A stretch of 64,000 nt of DNA from Escherichia coli (GCF_001677475.2 NZ_CP015229.1); one strand, 5' to 3'. Positions 1 to 16,809 are shown, numbered from the stretch's first letter. Program-made: numbers and translations. The notes: a model not told the origin generated them from the letters alone.

Positions 1-233
<233 letters not shown>

Positions 234-234
234 A

Positions 235-1865
<1,631 letters not shown>

Positions 1866-1874
1866 GGATAAGAT

Positions 1875-3047
1875 ATGTTCGATTTTTCAAAGGTCGTGGA
1901 TCGTCATGGCACATGGTGTACGCAGTGGGATTATGTCGCTGACCGTTTCGGCACTGCTGACCTGTTACCGTTCACGATTTCAGACATGGATTTTGCCACT
2001 GCCCCCTGCATTATCGAGGCGCTGAATCAGCGCCTGATACACGGCGTGTTTGGCTACAGCCGCTGGAAAAACGATGAGTTTCTCGCGGCTATTGCCCACT
2101 GGTTTTCCACCCAGCATTACACCGCCATTGATACGCAGTCGGTGGTGTATGGCCCTTCTGTTATCTACATGGTCTCGGAACTGATTCGTCAGTGGTCTGA
2201 AAAAGGTGAAGGCGTGGTGATCCACACACCCGCCTATGACGCATTTTACAAGGCCATTGAAGGTAACCAGCGCACAGTAATGCCCGTCGCTTTAGAGAAG
2301 CGGGCTGACGGCTGGTTTTGCGATATGGGCAAGCTGGAAGCCGTGTTGGCGAAACCAGAATGTAAAATTATGCTCCTGTGTAGCCCACAGAATCCTACCG
2401 GGAAAGTGTGGACGTGCGATGAACTGGAGATCATGGCTGACCTGTGCGAGCGTCATGGTGTGCGGGTTATTTCCGATGAAATCCATATGGATATGGTTTG
2501 GGGCGAGCAGCCGCATATTCCCTGGAGTAATGTGGCGCGCGGAGACTGGGCATTGCTAACGTCGGGATCGAAAAGTTTCAATATTCCCGCCCTGACCGGT
2601 GCTTACGGGATTATAGAAAATAGCAGCAGCCGTGATGCCTATTTATCGGCACTGAAAGGACGTGATGGCCTTTCTTCCCCTTCAGTACTGGCGTTAACTG
2701 CCCATATCGCCGCCTATCAGCAAGGCGCGCCGTGGCTGGATGCCTTACGCGTCTATCTGAAAGATAACCTGACGTATATCGCAGATAAAATGAACGCCGC
2801 GTTCCCTGAACTCAACTGGCAGATCCCGCAATCCACTTATCTAGCCTGGATTGATCTACGTCCGTTGAATATTGACGACAACGCGTTGCAAAATGCGCTT
2901 ATCGAGCAAGAAAAGGTCGCGATCATGCCGGGATATACCTACGGTGAAGAAGGTCGTGGTTTTGTCCGACTCAATGCCGGCTGCCCACGTTCGAAACTGG
3001 AAAAAGGTGTGGCTGGATTAATTAACGCCATCCGCGCTGTTCGTTAA
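1875..3047 (+). CDS. malY: PLP-dependent cystathionine beta-lyase / MalT-antagonist MalY
   Basis: 390-aa ORF immediately downstream of malX; aminotransferase class I/II fold. Confidence 0.9.
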   Translation: MFDFSKVVDRHGTWCTQWDYVADRFGTADLLPFTISDMDFATAPCIIEALNQRLIHGVFGYSRWKNDEFLAAIAHWFSTQHYTAIDTQSVVYGPSVIYMVSELIRQWSEKGEGVVIHTPAYDAFYKAIEGNQRTVMPVALEKRADGWFCDMGKLEAVLAKPECKIMLLCSPQNPTGKVWTCDELEIMADLCERHGVRVISDEIHMDMVWGEQPHIPWSNVARGDWALLTSGSKSFNIPALTGAYGIIENSSSRDAYLSALKGRDGLSSPSVLALTAHIAAYQQGAPWLDALRVYLKDNLTYIADKMNAAFPELNWQIPQSTYLAWIDLRPLNIDDNALQNALIEQEKVAIMPGYTYGEEGRGFVRLNAGCPRSKLEKGVAGLINAIRAVR

Positions 3048-3053
3048 CCCCAA

Positions 3054-3092
3054 TTGCGCAACGTAAAAAATCGTTGCGCAATCGTGGATTTT
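3054..3092 (+). terminator. Hairpin TTGCGCAACG-N8-CGTTGCGCAA followed by T-run; candidate malXY terminator
   Basis: 10-bp perfect inverted repeat seen directly after the malY stop. Confidence 0.4.
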
Positions 3093-3150
3093 TACCCTGC
3101 TTTGTTTTTATAATGGTGCGCACTTTTATATCCAGAAAAAGAGTGCGACC

Positions 3151-4152
3151 ATGATTGATACCACCCTGCCATTAACTGATATCCATCGCCACCTTGATGG
3201 CAACATTCGTCCCCAGACCATTCTTGAACTTGGCCGCCAGTATAATATCTCGCTTCCTGCACAATCCCTGGAAACACTGATTCCCCACGTTCAGGTCATT
3301 GCCAACGAACCCGATCTTGTGAGCTTTCTGACCAAACTTGACTGGGGCGTTAAAGTTCTCGCCTCTCTTGATGCCTGTCGCCGCGTGGCATTTGAAAACA
3401 TTGAAGATGCAGCCCGTCACGGCCTGCACTATGTCGAGCTGCGTTTTTCACCAGGCTACATGGCAATGGCACATCAGCTGCCTGTAGCGGGTGTTGTCGA
3501 AGCGGTGATCGATGGCGTACGTGAGGGTTGCCGCACCTTTGGTGTGCAGGCGAAGCTTATCGGCATTATGAGCCGGACCTTCGGTGAAGCCGCCTGTCAG
3601 CAAGAGCTGGAGGCCTTTTTAGCCCACCGTGACCAGATTACCGCACTTGATTTAGCCGGTGATGAACTTGGTTTCCCGGGAAGTCTGTTCCTTTCTCACT
3701 TCAACCGCGCGCGTGATGCGGGCTGGCATATTACCGTCCATGCAGGCGAAGCTGCCGGGCCGGAAAGCATCTGGCAGGCGATTCGTGAACTGGGGGCGGA
3801 ACGTATTGGACATGGCGTAAAAGCCATTGAAGATCGGGCGCTGATGGATTTTCTCGCCGAGCAGCAAATTGGTATTGAATCCTGTCTGACCTCCAATATT
3901 CAGACCAGCACCGTGGCAGAGCTGGCGGCACATCCGCTGAAAACGTTCCTTGAGCATGGCATTCGTGCCAGCATTAACACTGACGATCCCGGCGTACAGG
4001 GAGTGGATATCATTCACGAATATACCGTTGCCGCGCCGGCTGCTGGGTTATCCCGCGAGCAAATCCGCCAGGCGCAGATTAATGGTCTGGAAATGGCTTT
4101 CCTCAGCGCAGAGGAAAAACGCGCACTGCGAGAAAAAGTCGCTGCGAAGTAA
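3151..4152 (+). CDS. add: Adenosine deaminase
   Basis: 333-aa ORF; N-terminal HRHLDG metal-binding motif typical of adenosine deaminase. Confidence 0.93.
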
Positions 4153-4187
4153 CAAAAATGGATGGTGCTAATTGCACCATCCTCTTT

Positions 4188-5228
4188 TCACGCAAGGCAC
4201 AGCGTCGCGCGATGTTTGGCGGATTCGATGCCCAGCTCAATCAACTCCATTACCTGGATTGCCTGACTTGCCGGAACCGGATTTTCACCATCGCCATTTA
4301 ACGCATCACGAATAGCCGCATAGTAAGCCGGATAATTCCCTGGTACTGTCAACAGCGTTTCTTCGACACGTTCCTCACCTTCCACGCGGGTAAGTACGCC
4401 ATCACGCATATCGTAGCCCCAGTCTTCCTGCGGCAGACGCTCGCCATTTTTCAGACGTTCTTCCTGTGGATCGAGGCCATATTTCACATAACTGCCTCGG
4501 GATCCATGCACGATATACCGTGCTGACTCAGCGGCTGCCAGCATGGTACCGTGTAAAATGACTCGCCGCTGCGGATAGGACAAGATGGCGTGGAAATAAT
4601 CGGTCGACTGCGCTCCGGGCCGTAACTGTGCCAAGTCCACCGTCATGCTGACCGGTAAACCAAATAGCGTAATGACCTGATCAAGAAGATGCGGTGCTAA
4701 ATCGTACCAGATACCGCTGCCTGGGCCGCCCTGTTCACGCCAACGATCGCGCACCTGCGGACGGAAGCGGTCAAAATGAGACTCAAAGTAAGTAACTTCA
4801 CCCAGCACGCCTTCCGCGAGCAAACCTTTTAGCGTCAAGAAATCGCTATCCCAGCGACGGTTATGGAATACAGACAGCACACGCCCCAGGCTTTTTGCCA
4901 GCGCATCCAGCTCTCGCGCTTGTGACAGTGTCACGGTAAAGGGTTTATCAACGACCACATGTTTACCCGCCTCAAGCGCCGCTTTGGCTAACGGGAAATG
5001 GGTATCGTTGGGTGTAGGGATGACAATCAGGTCTATGTTGGGATCGTTAAACAGATGCTTCGGCTCAGAGACAACCGTAACCGTTGGCCAGTCGGCTTTT
5101 ACTTTTGTTTCATCGCTGCTGGAGATTACCGCCAGTTCCAGCCCGGGCGTGCCCGCAATCAGGGGCGCATGGAAGGTTTTGCTCGCATAACCATACCCAA
5201 TCAACCCAACACGGATGTTGTCGCTCAT
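4188..5228 (-). CDS. ydgJ: Gfo/Idh/MocA-family NAD(P)-dependent oxidoreductase
   Basis: ORF 4188-5267; start taken at internal ATG (complement 5226-5228) with GAGG RBS giving 346 aa; N-terminal Rossmann GxGxxA motif (GLIGYGYA). Confidence 0.85.
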   Translation of the reverse strand: MSDNIRVGLIGYGYASKTFHAPLIAGTPGLELAVISSSDETKVKADWPTVTVVSEPKHLFNDPNIDLIVIPTPNDTHFPLAKAALEAGKHVVVDKPFTVTLSQARELDALAKSLGRVLSVFHNRRWDSDFLTLKGLLAEGVLGEVTYFESHFDRFRPQVRDRWREQGGPGSGIWYDLAPHLLDQVITLFGLPVSMTVDLAQLRPGAQSTDYFHAILSYPQRRVILHGTMLAAAESARYIVHGSRGSYVKYGLDPQEERLKNGERLPQEDWGYDMRDGVLTRVEGEERVEETLLTVPGNYPAYYAAIRDALNGDGENPVPASQAIQVMELIELGIESAKHRATLCLA

Positions 5229-5470
5229 GTCATTGCCTCTCATTGAAGTATGATGGCTATTTGACACTATCCTTTACCCTCGCTCAACAGTTTAATAACC
5301 TGCCAGCAATAAGGGATGTTGTTTAACTTAAGTCAAAAAAATAGCGAATTTTCCAACGACAAAAGCTAAATATCGCAAAAACCTCAGTAAAAATCTTGCT
5401 GGAGCTATTATTGCTAAGTAACATTTACCCCCTGAAGTTAATGGATCAATCAACAGAGATGTGGGCTGTA

Positions 5471-5596
5471 ATGAATCGTCTTATTGAATTAACAGGTTGG
5501 ATCGTTCTTGTCGTTTCAGTCATTCTTCTTGGCGTGGCGAGTCACATTGACAACTATCAGCCACCTGAACAGAGTACTTCGATACAACACAAGTAA
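5471..5596 (+). CDS. blr: Small membrane protein Blr (41 aa)
   Basis: Internal ATG of ORF 5396-5596; product MNRLIELTGWIVLVVSVILLGVASH... is a single transmembrane helix. Confidence 0.7.
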   Translation: MNRLIELTGWIVLVVSVILLGVASHIDNYQPPEQSTSIQHK

Positions 5597-5868
5597 GCTC
5601 TGCGCTTGTAGAGCGACATGCTGCCCGTCAGGGTGCATGTTTTCACTTGTCGGATATTAAACCAGGAATTTATTATCTTGTTCGATGTTGTTGGTGATTG
5701 TCAGGGATAGTAAAGCGCGTTACTCTTTTCAGAGCAGTTTTTCATCCCTGAATATTTGCCATCAGCGCATTCTTATTATTGTAATAACGCAAGCGTTCAC
5801 TTTTGGTGAAATTTTATCATCACTAATAATACCTACCCCTTTGGTATTAATTATTTTATGGACCTTTT

Positions 5869-6084
5869 ATGACTGTTCAGGACTACTTATTAAAATTTCG
5901 CAAAATCAGTTCACTCGAAAGTCTGGAAAAACTCTACGACCATCTTAATTACACCCTGACGGACGATCAGGAACTGATCAATATGTACCGTGCTGCCGAT
6001 CACCGTCGCGCAGAGCTGGTTTCTGGCGGGCGTTTGTTTGACCTCGGCCAGGTACCGAAGTCCGTCTGGCACTATGTTCAATAA
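5869..6084 (+). CDS. cnu: Hha/YmoA-family nucleoid-associated protein Cnu (YdgT)
   Basis: 71-aa ORF; sequence recognised as Hha paralogue. Confidence 0.85.
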
Positions 6085-6169
6085 AGAAAGTAGCGATCGG
6101 TTATAAAAGCCTTATAATAACGCCCCTAAAATTAGATTTGCCTGTTTGCGTCGCTATTCTGGAGAACCT

Positions 6170-6610
6170 ATGACCACCACAACGCCACAACGTATTGGAG
6201 GCTGGTTGCTTGGCCCATTGGCCTGGCTTTTAGTCGCTCTGTTAAGTACGACGCTGGCGTTGTTGCTGTATACCGCTGCGTTATCTTCTCCGCAAACATT
6301 TCAAACGCTCGGCGAACAAGCACTGACGACACAAATCTTATGGGGCGTTTCTTTTATTACCGCTATCGCCATGTGGTATTACACACTGTGGTTGACCATC
6401 GCTTTCTTTAAACGTCGGCGTTGTGTTCCTAAACACTATATTATCTGGCTGCTTATTTCCGTATTGCTGGCAGTAAAAGCGTTCGCTTTTTCACCCGTGG
6501 AAGATGGCATAGCCGTTCGCCAGTTGCTGTTTACTTTGTTGGCAACCGCATTGATCGTCCCCTATTTCAAACGCTCGTCGCGGGTGAAAGCGACGTTTGT
6601 GAATCCGTAA
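6170..6610 (+). CDS. ydgK: Inner membrane protein YdgK
   Basis: ORF 6146-6610; ATG at 6170 preceded by GGAG; hydrophobic product with several predicted transmembrane helices. Confidence 0.8.
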   Translation: MTTTTPQRIGGWLLGPLAWLLVALLSTTLALLLYTAALSSPQTFQTLGEQALTTQILWGVSFITAIAMWYYTLWLTIAFFKRRRCVPKHYIIWLLISVLLAVKAFAFSPVEDGIAVRQLLFTLLATALIVPYFKRSSRVKATFVNP

Positions 6611-6686
6611 TAACCTTACAGTTAACCTGTTGTCGCCTGCTCTGGATTAACGGATAATAGGCGGCTTTTTTATTTCAGGCCGAAAA

Positions 6687-7267
6687 ATGACTGACTACCT
6701 GTTACTGTTTGTCGGAACTGTACTGGTCAATAACTTTGTACTGGTCAAGTTTCTCGGTCTCTGTCCGTTTATGGGGGTTTCCAAAAAGCTGGAAACCGCG
6801 ATGGGCATGGGGCTGGCAACAACGTTTGTGATGACGCTGGCGTCTATTTGCGCCTGGCTTATCGATACGTGGATTTTGATCCCACTTAATCTGATTTACC
6901 TGCGTACCCTGGCGTTTATTCTGGTGATTGCTGTGGTTGTGCAGTTCACCGAGATGGTGGTGCGCAAAACCAGCCCGGTGCTTTACCGTCTGCTGGGGAT
7001 TTTTTTGCCGCTTATCACCACCAACTGTGCAGTGCTCGGCGTGGCGTTGCTGAATATCAATCTCGGGCACAATTTCTTGCAGTCGGCGCTGTACGGTTTT
7101 TCCGCCGCTGTCGGTTTCTCGCTGGTGATGGTGCTCTTCGCCGCCATCCGCGAACGCCTTGCTGTGGCTGATGTCCCGGCACCTTTTCGCGGTAATGCCA
7201 TTGCGTTAATTACCGCAGGTCTTATGTCTCTGGCCTTTATGGGCTTTAGTGGTTTGGTGAAGTTGTA

Positions 7268-7268
<1 letters not shown>
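6687..7268 (+). CDS. rsxA: Rnf/Rsx electron transport complex subunit A
   Basis: 193-aa polytopic membrane protein; first gene of rsxABCDGE-nth cluster. Confidence 0.92.
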
Positions 7269-10061
<2,793 letters not shown>

Positions 10062-11120
10062 ATGGTATTCAGAATAGCTAGCTCCCCTTATACCCATAAC
10101 CAGCGCCAGACATCGCGCATTATGCTGTTGGTGTTGCTCGCAGCCGTGCCAGGAATCGCAGCGCAACTGTGGTTTTTTGGTTGGGGTACTCTCGTTCAGA
10201 TCCTGTTGGCGTCGGTCAGTGCTCTGTTAGCCGAAGCTCTCGTACTCAAACTACGCAAGCAGTCGGTAGCCGCAACGTTGAAAGATAACTCAGCATTGCT
10301 GACAGGCTTATTGCTGGCGGTAAGTATTCCCCCCCTCGCGCCATGGTGGATGGTCGTACTGGGTACGGTGTTTGCGGTGATCATCGCTAAACAGTTGTAT
10401 GGCGGTCTGGGGCAAAACCCGTTTAATCCGGCAATGATTGGTTATGTGGTCTTACTGATCTCCTTCCCGGTGCAGATGACCAGCTGGTTACCGCCACATG
10501 AAATTGCGGTCAACATCCCTGGTTTTATCGACGCCATACAGGTTATTTTCAGCGGACATACCACCAGTGGTGGTGATATGAACACGCTACGCTTAGGTAT
10601 TGATGGCATTAGTCAGGCGACACCGCTGGATACATTTAAAACCTCTGTCCGTGCCGGTCATTCGGTTGAACAGATTATGCAATATCCGATCTACAGCGGT
10701 ATGCTGGCGGGCGTTGGTTGGCAATGGGTAAATCTCGCCTGGCTGGCTGGCGGCGTATGGTTGCTGTGGCAGAAAGCGATTCGCTGGCATATTCCCCTCA
10801 GCTTCTTAGTAACGCTGGCGTTATGCGCAACGTTGGGCTGGTTGTTCTCACCAGAAACACTGGCAGCACCGCAAATTCATCTGCTGTCTGGAGCGACCAT
10901 GCTCGGGGCATTCTTTATTTTGACTGACCCGGTTACCGCTTCTACGACCAATCGTGGTCGTCTTATTTTCGGCGCGCTGGCGGGCTTATTAGTCTGGTTG
11001 ATCCGCAGTTTCGGCGGCTATCCTGACGGCGTGGCTTTTGCCGTCCTGCTGGCGAACATCACGGTTCCTCTGATCGATTACTACACGCGTCCGCGCGTCT
11101 ACGGCCATCGCAAAGGGTAA
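10062..11120 (+). CDS. rsxD: Rnf/Rsx complex subunit D
   Basis: 352-aa membrane protein directly following rsxC. Confidence 0.9.
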   Translation: MVFRIASSPYTHNQRQTSRIMLLVLLAAVPGIAAQLWFFGWGTLVQILLASVSALLAEALVLKLRKQSVAATLKDNSALLTGLLLAVSIPPLAPWWMVVLGTVFAVIIAKQLYGGLGQNPFNPAMIGYVVLLISFPVQMTSWLPPHEIAVNIPGFIDAIQVIFSGHTTSGGDMNTLRLGIDGISQATPLDTFKTSVRAGHSVEQIMQYPIYSGMLAGVGWQWVNLAWLAGGVWLLWQKAIRWHIPLSFLVTLALCATLGWLFSPETLAAPQIHLLSGATMLGAFFILTDPVTASTTNRGRLIFGALAGLLVWLIRSFGGYPDGVAFAVLLANITVPLIDYYTRPRVYGHRKG

Positions 11121-11123
11121 ACC

Positions 11124-11744
11124 ATGCTGAAAACTATCCGAAAACACGGCATTACGTTGGCGCTATTTGCAGCGGGTTCAACAGGGTTAACTGCGGCCAT
11201 CAACCAGATGACCAAAACGACGATTGCTGAACAGGCCAGTCTGCAACAAAAGGCGTTATTTGATCAGGTGCTGCCAGCCGAACGCTATAACAATGCGCTG
11301 GCACAGAGTTGCTATCTGGTCACTGCGCCAGAGTTAGGTAAAGGTGAGCATCGGGTTTACATCGCCAAACAGGATGACAAACCGGTAGCCGCCGTTCTGG
11401 AAACAACCGCGCCAGATGGCTATTCCGGAGCGATTCAGCTGCTGGTGGGAGCCGATTTTAACGGCACGGTACTTGGCACACGCGTGACAGAGCACCACGA
11501 AACGCCAGGGCTTGGCGATAAAATCGAACTGCGCCTTTCTGACTGGATCACCCATTTTGCGGGTAAAAAAATCAGTGGTGCGGATGATGCGCACTGGGCG
11601 GTGAAGAAAGATGGTGGTGATTTCGACCAGTTCACCGGCGCGACGATTACTCCCCGCGCGGTGGTTAATGCGGTAAAACGCGCCGGATTGTACGCTCAGA
11701 CGTTACCGTCACAACTTTCTCAACTTCCTGCCTGTGGAGAATAA
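11124..11744 (+). CDS. rsxG: Rnf/Rsx complex subunit G (FMN-binding)
   Basis: 206 aa with N-terminal membrane anchor. Confidence 0.9.
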   Translation: MLKTIRKHGITLALFAAGSTGLTAAINQMTKTTIAEQASLQQKALFDQVLPAERYNNALAQSCYLVTAPELGKGEHRVYIAKQDDKPVAAVLETTAPDGYSGAIQLLVGADFNGTVLGTRVTEHHETPGLGDKIELRLSDWITHFAGKKISGADDAHWAVKKDGGDFDQFTGATITPRAVVNAVKRAGLYAQTLPSQLSQLPACGE

Positions 11745-11747
11745 AGC

Positions 11748-12443
11748 GTGAGCGAAATTAAAGACGTTATTGTTCAGGGGTTGTGGAAAAACAACTCTGC
11801 GCTGGTCCAGCTGCTCGGCCTCTGTCCGCTATTGGCGGTCACGTCCACTGCCACTAACGCTCTGGGTTTAGGACTTGCGACTACGCTGGTACTGACGCTG
11901 ACCAACTTGACCATTTCGACGCTGCGTCACTGGACGCCAGCCGAGATCCGCATTCCCATTTACGTGATGATCATCGCCTCGGTGGTCAGCGCTGTACAGA
12001 TGCTGATCAACGCCTACGCCTTTGGCCTGTATCAATCATTAGGGATTTTTATTCCGCTGATTGTCACTAACTGTATCGTTGTGGGCCGCGCTGAAGCCTT
12101 CGCCGCCAAAAAAGGTCCGGCGCTTTCGGCACTGGACGGCTTTTCAATTGGTATGGGCGCAACCTGCGCCATGTTCGTGCTGGGTTCACTACGCGAAATA
12201 ATCGGCAATGGCACGTTGTTTGACGGTGCAGATGCGCTGTTAGGTAGCTGGGCAAAAGTATTACGCGTGGAGATTTTCCACACCGACTCCCCTTTCCTGC
12301 TGGCGATGCTGCCACCAGGTGCATTTATTGGCCTGGGACTGATGCTGGCAGGGAAATACCTGATTGATGAAAGAATGAAAAAGCGCCGTACTGAAGCAGC
12401 TGCCGAACGTGCATTGCCAAACGGTGAAACAAGGAATGTCTGA
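11748..12443 (+). CDS. rsxE: Rnf/Rsx complex subunit E
   Basis: 231 aa; GTG start at 11748; paralogous to rsxA (shared LLGLCP motif). Confidence 0.9.
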   Translation: MSEIKDVIVQGLWKNNSALVQLLGLCPLLAVTSTATNALGLGLATTLVLTLTNLTISTLRHWTPAEIRIPIYVMIIASVVSAVQMLINAYAFGLYQSLGIFIPLIVTNCIVVGRAEAFAAKKGPALSALDGFSIGMGATCAMFVLGSLREIIGNGTLFDGADALLGSWAKVLRVEIFHTDSPFLLAMLPPGAFIGLGLMLAGKYLIDERMKKRRTEAAAERALPNGETRNV

Positions 12444-13078
12444 TGAACAAAGCAAAACGCCTGGAGATCCTCACTCGCCTGCGTGAGAACAATCCTCATC
12501 CCACCACCGAGCTTAATTTCAGTTCGCCTTTTGAATTGCTGATTGCCGTACTGCTTTCCGCTCAGGCGACCGATGTCAGTGTTAATAAGGCGACGGCGAA
12601 ACTCTACCCGGTGGCTAATACACCTGCAGCGATGCTTGAACTGGGCGTCGAAGGGGTGAAAACCTATATCAAAACCATTGGGCTTTATAACAGCAAAGCA
12701 GAAAATATCATCAAAACCTGCCGTATCTTACTGGAACAGCATAATGGCGAGGTTCCGGAAGATCGTGCTGCGCTTGAAGCCCTGCCTGGTGTAGGTCGTA
12801 AAACAGCCAACGTCGTATTAAACACTGCATTCGGCTGGCCGACTATTGCTGTCGACACGCACATTTTCCGCGTTTGTAATCGTACTCAATTTGCGCCGGG
12901 GAAAAACGTCGAACAGGTAGAGGAAAAGCTACTGAAAGTGGTTCCGGCAGAGTTTAAAGTCGACTGCCACCATTGGTTGATCCTGCACGGGCGTTATACC
13001 TGTATTGCCCGCAAGCCTCGTTGTGGCTCTTGTATTATTGAAGATCTTTGTGAATACAAAGAGAAAGTTGACATCTGA
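12443..13078 (+). CDS. nth: Endonuclease III (DNA glycosylase/AP lyase)
   Basis: 211 aa; HhH-GPD motif and C-terminal 4Cys Fe-S cluster (CIARKPRCGSC); start overlaps rsxE stop. Confidence 0.93.
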   Translation: MNKAKRLEILTRLRENNPHPTTELNFSSPFELLIAVLLSAQATDVSVNKATAKLYPVANTPAAMLELGVEGVKTYIKTIGLYNSKAENIIKTCRILLEQHNGEVPEDRAALEALPGVGRKTANVVLNTAFGWPTIAVDTHIFRVCNRTQFAPGKNVEQVEEKLLKVVPAEFKVDCHHWLILHGRYTCIARKPRCGSCIIEDLCEYKEKVDI

Positions 13079-13688
13079 AGAAAAGGGGTAACACCGATTA
13101 CCCCATTGATAACCTTTCTTTATCCTCTTTTAAAACATCTTTTTAACGTCAATGATGCCATTGCTTAGCGTTATCATCAGGTAATCCGTTTGCGGATAAC
13201 CAAAAATGCAGGTTAATTGTTTTTTTAATAGCGAAATTTTCTATTCATTCGTGATCAAGATCACGATGCTGTGGCAATGTAAAAACATTGCAAGAACTAG
13301 GTTAAAATCATTTAAATTTACACACGCAACAAATATTGACCTACAAAACATTACACTGGCTATTTTTCAGAAACTGGACTATCTCACTAGGAAAAACGCT
13401 AAATAGCAGAATATATCGCCGTTAAGCCATCATCCCCCTCTCAGGGTAGTGAAAAAATCTGCCGTTACGTTTTTTGAAAAATTTAACGCTGGATAACATT
13501 TCCCGGAATGGTTGAATTCCCCGCCTCAGTTATATGTAACAGATTATTACAAAGGACTTGTCTGAAAGTGCAAGATAGTGAACATTACCTGCCGTTTCCC
13601 CTCCCACTATAACAATTGCGCGTATGTTTTTTAGGCATAACGCGAGAAAGCACCCCCGTTAATATGGGATGTAAAAAAAGAGGTAAAA

Positions 13689-15191
13689 GTGTCCACTGCA
13701 AACCAAAAACCAACTGAAAGCGTCAGTTTGAACGCTTTCAAACAACCGAAGGCGTTCTATCTCATCTTCTCGATTGAGTTATGGGAACGTTTTGGTTATT
13801 ACGGCCTACAAGGAATTATGGCTGTTTACCTGGTTAAACAACTGGGTATGTCTGAAGCGGATTCAATCACCCTTTTCTCTTCCTTTAGTGCCCTGGTTTA
13901 TGGTCTGGTCGCTATCGGCGGCTGGTTAGGTGACAAGGTACTGGGTACTAAACGCGTAATTATGCTTGGCGCTATTGTGCTGGCGATTGGTTATGCTCTG
14001 GTTGCCTGGTCTGGTCACGACGCCGGTATCGTTTATATGGGTATGGCGGCTATTGCGGTCGGTAACGGCCTGTTTAAAGCTAACCCGTCTTCTCTGCTTT
14101 CTACATGCTATGAGAAAAACGACCCGCGTCTGGACGGTGCATTCACCATGTACTACATGTCCGTCAACATCGGCTCTTTCTTCTCTATGATCGCCACCCC
14201 GTGGCTGGCCGCGAAATACGGCTGGAGTGTTGCGTTTGCGTTGAGCGTTGTAGGCCTGCTGATCACTATCGTTAACTTCGCCTTCTGCCAACGCTGGGTT
14301 AAACAGTACGGTTCAAAACCAGACTTCGAGCCTATCAACTACCGTAACCTGCTGCTGACCATTATTGGTGTTGTGGCACTGATCGCTATCGCCACCTGGC
14401 TGCTGCACAATCAGGAAGTTGCGCGTATGGCGCTGGGCGTTGTTGCCTTTGGTATCGTGGTTATCTTCGGTAAAGAAGCCTTCGCGATGAAAGGTGCTGC
14501 GCGTCGTAAAATGATCGTTGCCTTCATCCTGATGCTCGAAGCCATTATCTTCTTCGTGCTGTACAGCCAGATGCCAACGTCACTGAACTTCTTTGCGATT
14601 CGTAACGTTGAACACACCATTCTGGGCCTGGCCGTAGAACCTGAGCAGTATCAGGCACTGAATCCGTTCTGGATCATCATTGGTAGCCCGATTCTGGCCG
14701 CTATCTATAACAAGATGGGCGATACCCTGCCGATGCCAACTAAGTTTGCAATCGGTATGGTGATGTGTTCTGGTGCGTTCCTGATTCTGCCGCTGGGTGC
14801 GAAATTCGCGTCTGACGCAGGTATCGTGTCTGTAAGCTGGCTGGTCGCGAGCTATGGCCTGCAGAGTATCGGGGAACTGATGATCTCTGGTCTGGGTCTG
14901 GCAATGGTTGCACAACTCGTTCCGCAGCGTCTGATGGGCTTCATTATGGGTAGCTGGTTCCTGACCACTGCCGGTGCAAACCTGATTGGTGGTTATGTTG
15001 CGGGTATGATGGCTGTGCCGGATAACGTTACCGATCCGCTGATGTCACTGGAAGTCTATGGTCGCGTATTCTTGCAGATTGGTGTCGCTACTGCCGTTAT
15101 TGCAGTACTGATGCTGCTCACCGCGCCGAAACTGCACCGCATGACGCAGGATGACGCTGCAGACAAAGCGGCGAAAGCTGCTGTAGCGTAA
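13689..15191 (+). CDS. dtpA: Proton-dependent di/tripeptide permease (POT family)
   Basis: 500 aa; GTG start; POT/PTR2 signature; preceded by 610-bp AT-rich upstream region. Confidence 0.9.
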
Positions 15192-15213
15192 AATTCAGGG
15201 AAACTCTTTTACA

Positions 15214-15247
15214 AGCCGCTAACTTTTCGTTAGCGGCTTTTTTTTTG
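15214..15247 (+). terminator. Rho-independent terminator of dtpA
   Basis: GCCGCTAAC-TTTTC-GTTAGCGGC hairpin followed by T10. Confidence 0.75.
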
Positions 15248-15296
15248 TTCAGCAACGCACTACCATACTTTAAACCACAGACAAAAGGAGTTACCG

Positions 15297-15902
15297 ATGA
15301 AATTGTTCTACAAACCGGGTGCCTGCTCTCTCGCTTCCCATATCACCCTGCGTGAGAGCGGAAAGGATTTTACGCTCGTCAGTGTGGATTTAATGAAAAA
15401 ACGTCTCGAAAACGGTGACGATTACTTTGCCGTTAACCCTAAGGGACAGGTGCCTGCATTGCTGCTGGACGATGGTACTTTGCTGACGGAAGGCGTAGCA
15501 ATTATGCAGTATCTTGCCGACAGCGTCCCCGACCGCCAGTTGCTGGCACCGGTAAACAGTATTTCCCGCTATAAAACCATCGAATGGCTGAATTACATCG
15601 CCACCGAGCTGCATAAAGGCTTCACACCTCTGTTTCGCCCTGATACACCGGAAGAGTACAAATCAACAGTTCGCGCGCAGCTGGAGAAAAAGCTGCAATA
15701 TGTGAACGATGCTCTGAAGGATGAGCACTGGATCTGCGGGCAACGATTTACAATTGCTGATGCCTATCTGTTTACGGTTCTGCGCTGGGCATACGCGGTG
15801 AAACTGAATCTGGAAGGGTTAGAGCACATTGCGGCATTTATGCAACGTATGGCTGAACGTCCGGAAGTACAAGACGCGCTGTCAGCGGAAGGCTTAAAGT
15901 AA
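15297..15902 (+). CDS. gstA: Glutathione S-transferase
   Basis: 201-aa ORF with GST N- and C-terminal domains. Confidence 0.9.
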   Translation: MKLFYKPGACSLASHITLRESGKDFTLVSVDLMKKRLENGDDYFAVNPKGQVPALLLDDGTLLTEGVAIMQYLADSVPDRQLLAPVNSISRYKTIEWLNYIATELHKGFTPLFRPDTPEEYKSTVRAQLEKKLQYVNDALKDEHWICGQRFTIADAYLFTVLRWAYAVKLNLEGLEHIAAFMQRMAERPEVQDALSAEGLK

Positions 15903-15910
15903 TAGCCATC

Positions 15911-15932
15911 GGCCCACAGGTCGTTGTGGGCC
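15911..15932. terminator. Hairpin between convergent gstA and pdxY (candidate bidirectional terminator)
   Basis: GGCCCACA-N6-TGTGGGCC inverted repeat; no strong T-run. Confidence 0.35.
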
Positions 15933-15945
15933 GAAATGAGATATT

Positions 15946-16809
15946 TCAGAGCTTTGTTGCGCTGAAGTAATGTTCTGGTTTGGCAATACGATCCTGAGCA
16001 GCCACCACTTGCAGCTCATATTCCTGCATTGCTTTGGTGGTCACCATGATTTCGTAGACTGCAGCGGTCACATGTTCCAGGGCCTCCTGCAGCGTTGCCC
16101 CCTGAAGCAGTTTCACCAGCAGTAAACCGCTCGTCACATCACCAACACCTACCGGCTGGCGCATACCAAAATCCACCAGCGGACGGCTGATATGCCAGGC
16201 TTCATCGGCGGTGACCAGCAACATTTCAAAACGGTCACGGCTGTAGCCAGCTCGCGCCAGGTGTTTAACCAACACAATTTGCGGCCCTTGCGCAATGAGT
16301 TCGCGCGCTGCCAGAACCGCTTCTTCGACATTATTTACCGGATGCTCACAGAGTATTTCCAGCTCAACCAGATTCGGCGCAATGATATCGCTGGCAGGCA
16401 AACCGTGCCGTACATGAAACTCTGCGACGCCCGGTGCCACGATACAGCCTTTTTCCGGATGACCCATTACCGGATCGCAAAAATATTTCGCCTGCGGATT
16501 CGCTGCTTTCACCTGACGGACGATACCGAGGATATGTTCACCCTGCTCCGCCGATCCCAGATAGCCACTTAATACGGCATCACAGGTGTGTAATTTATCA
16601 ATGGCGGCAATGCCTTGCACAATTTCGGTTAAATGGCTGGGCGGCATCACGCAGCCAGTCCATTTGCCGTATTGGGTGTGATTAGAAAATTGAACGGTGT
16701 TCAGCGGCCAGACGTTCGCGCCCAGGCGGCGCATCGGAAACTCTGCCGCACTGTTACCCGCATGACCATAAACAACGTGAGACTGGATAGCGAGAATATT
16801 TTTCATCAT
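15946..16809 (-). CDS. pdxY: Pyridoxal kinase 2
   Basis: 287 aa; PfkB/ribokinase-family fold. Confidence 0.92.
   Translation of the reverse strand: MMKNILAIQSHVVYGHAGNSAAEFPMRRLGANVWPLNTVQFSNHTQYGKWTGCVMPPSHLTEIVQGIAAIDKLHTCDAVLSGYLGSAEQGEHILGIVRQVKAANPQAKYFCDPVMGHPEKGCIVAPGVAEFHVRHGLPASDIIAPNLVELEILCEHPVNNVEEAVLAARELIAQGPQIVLVKHLARAGYSRDRFEMLLVTADEAWHISRPLVDFGMRQPVGVGDVTSGLLLVKLLQGATLQEALEHVTAAVYEIMVTTKAMQEYELQVVAAQDRIAKPEHYFSATKL

Noticed and set aside
13206-13406. 66-aa ORF in the AT-rich dtpA upstream region
   Set aside because: Low-complexity AT-rich sequence, no RBS, lies in a regulatory region.
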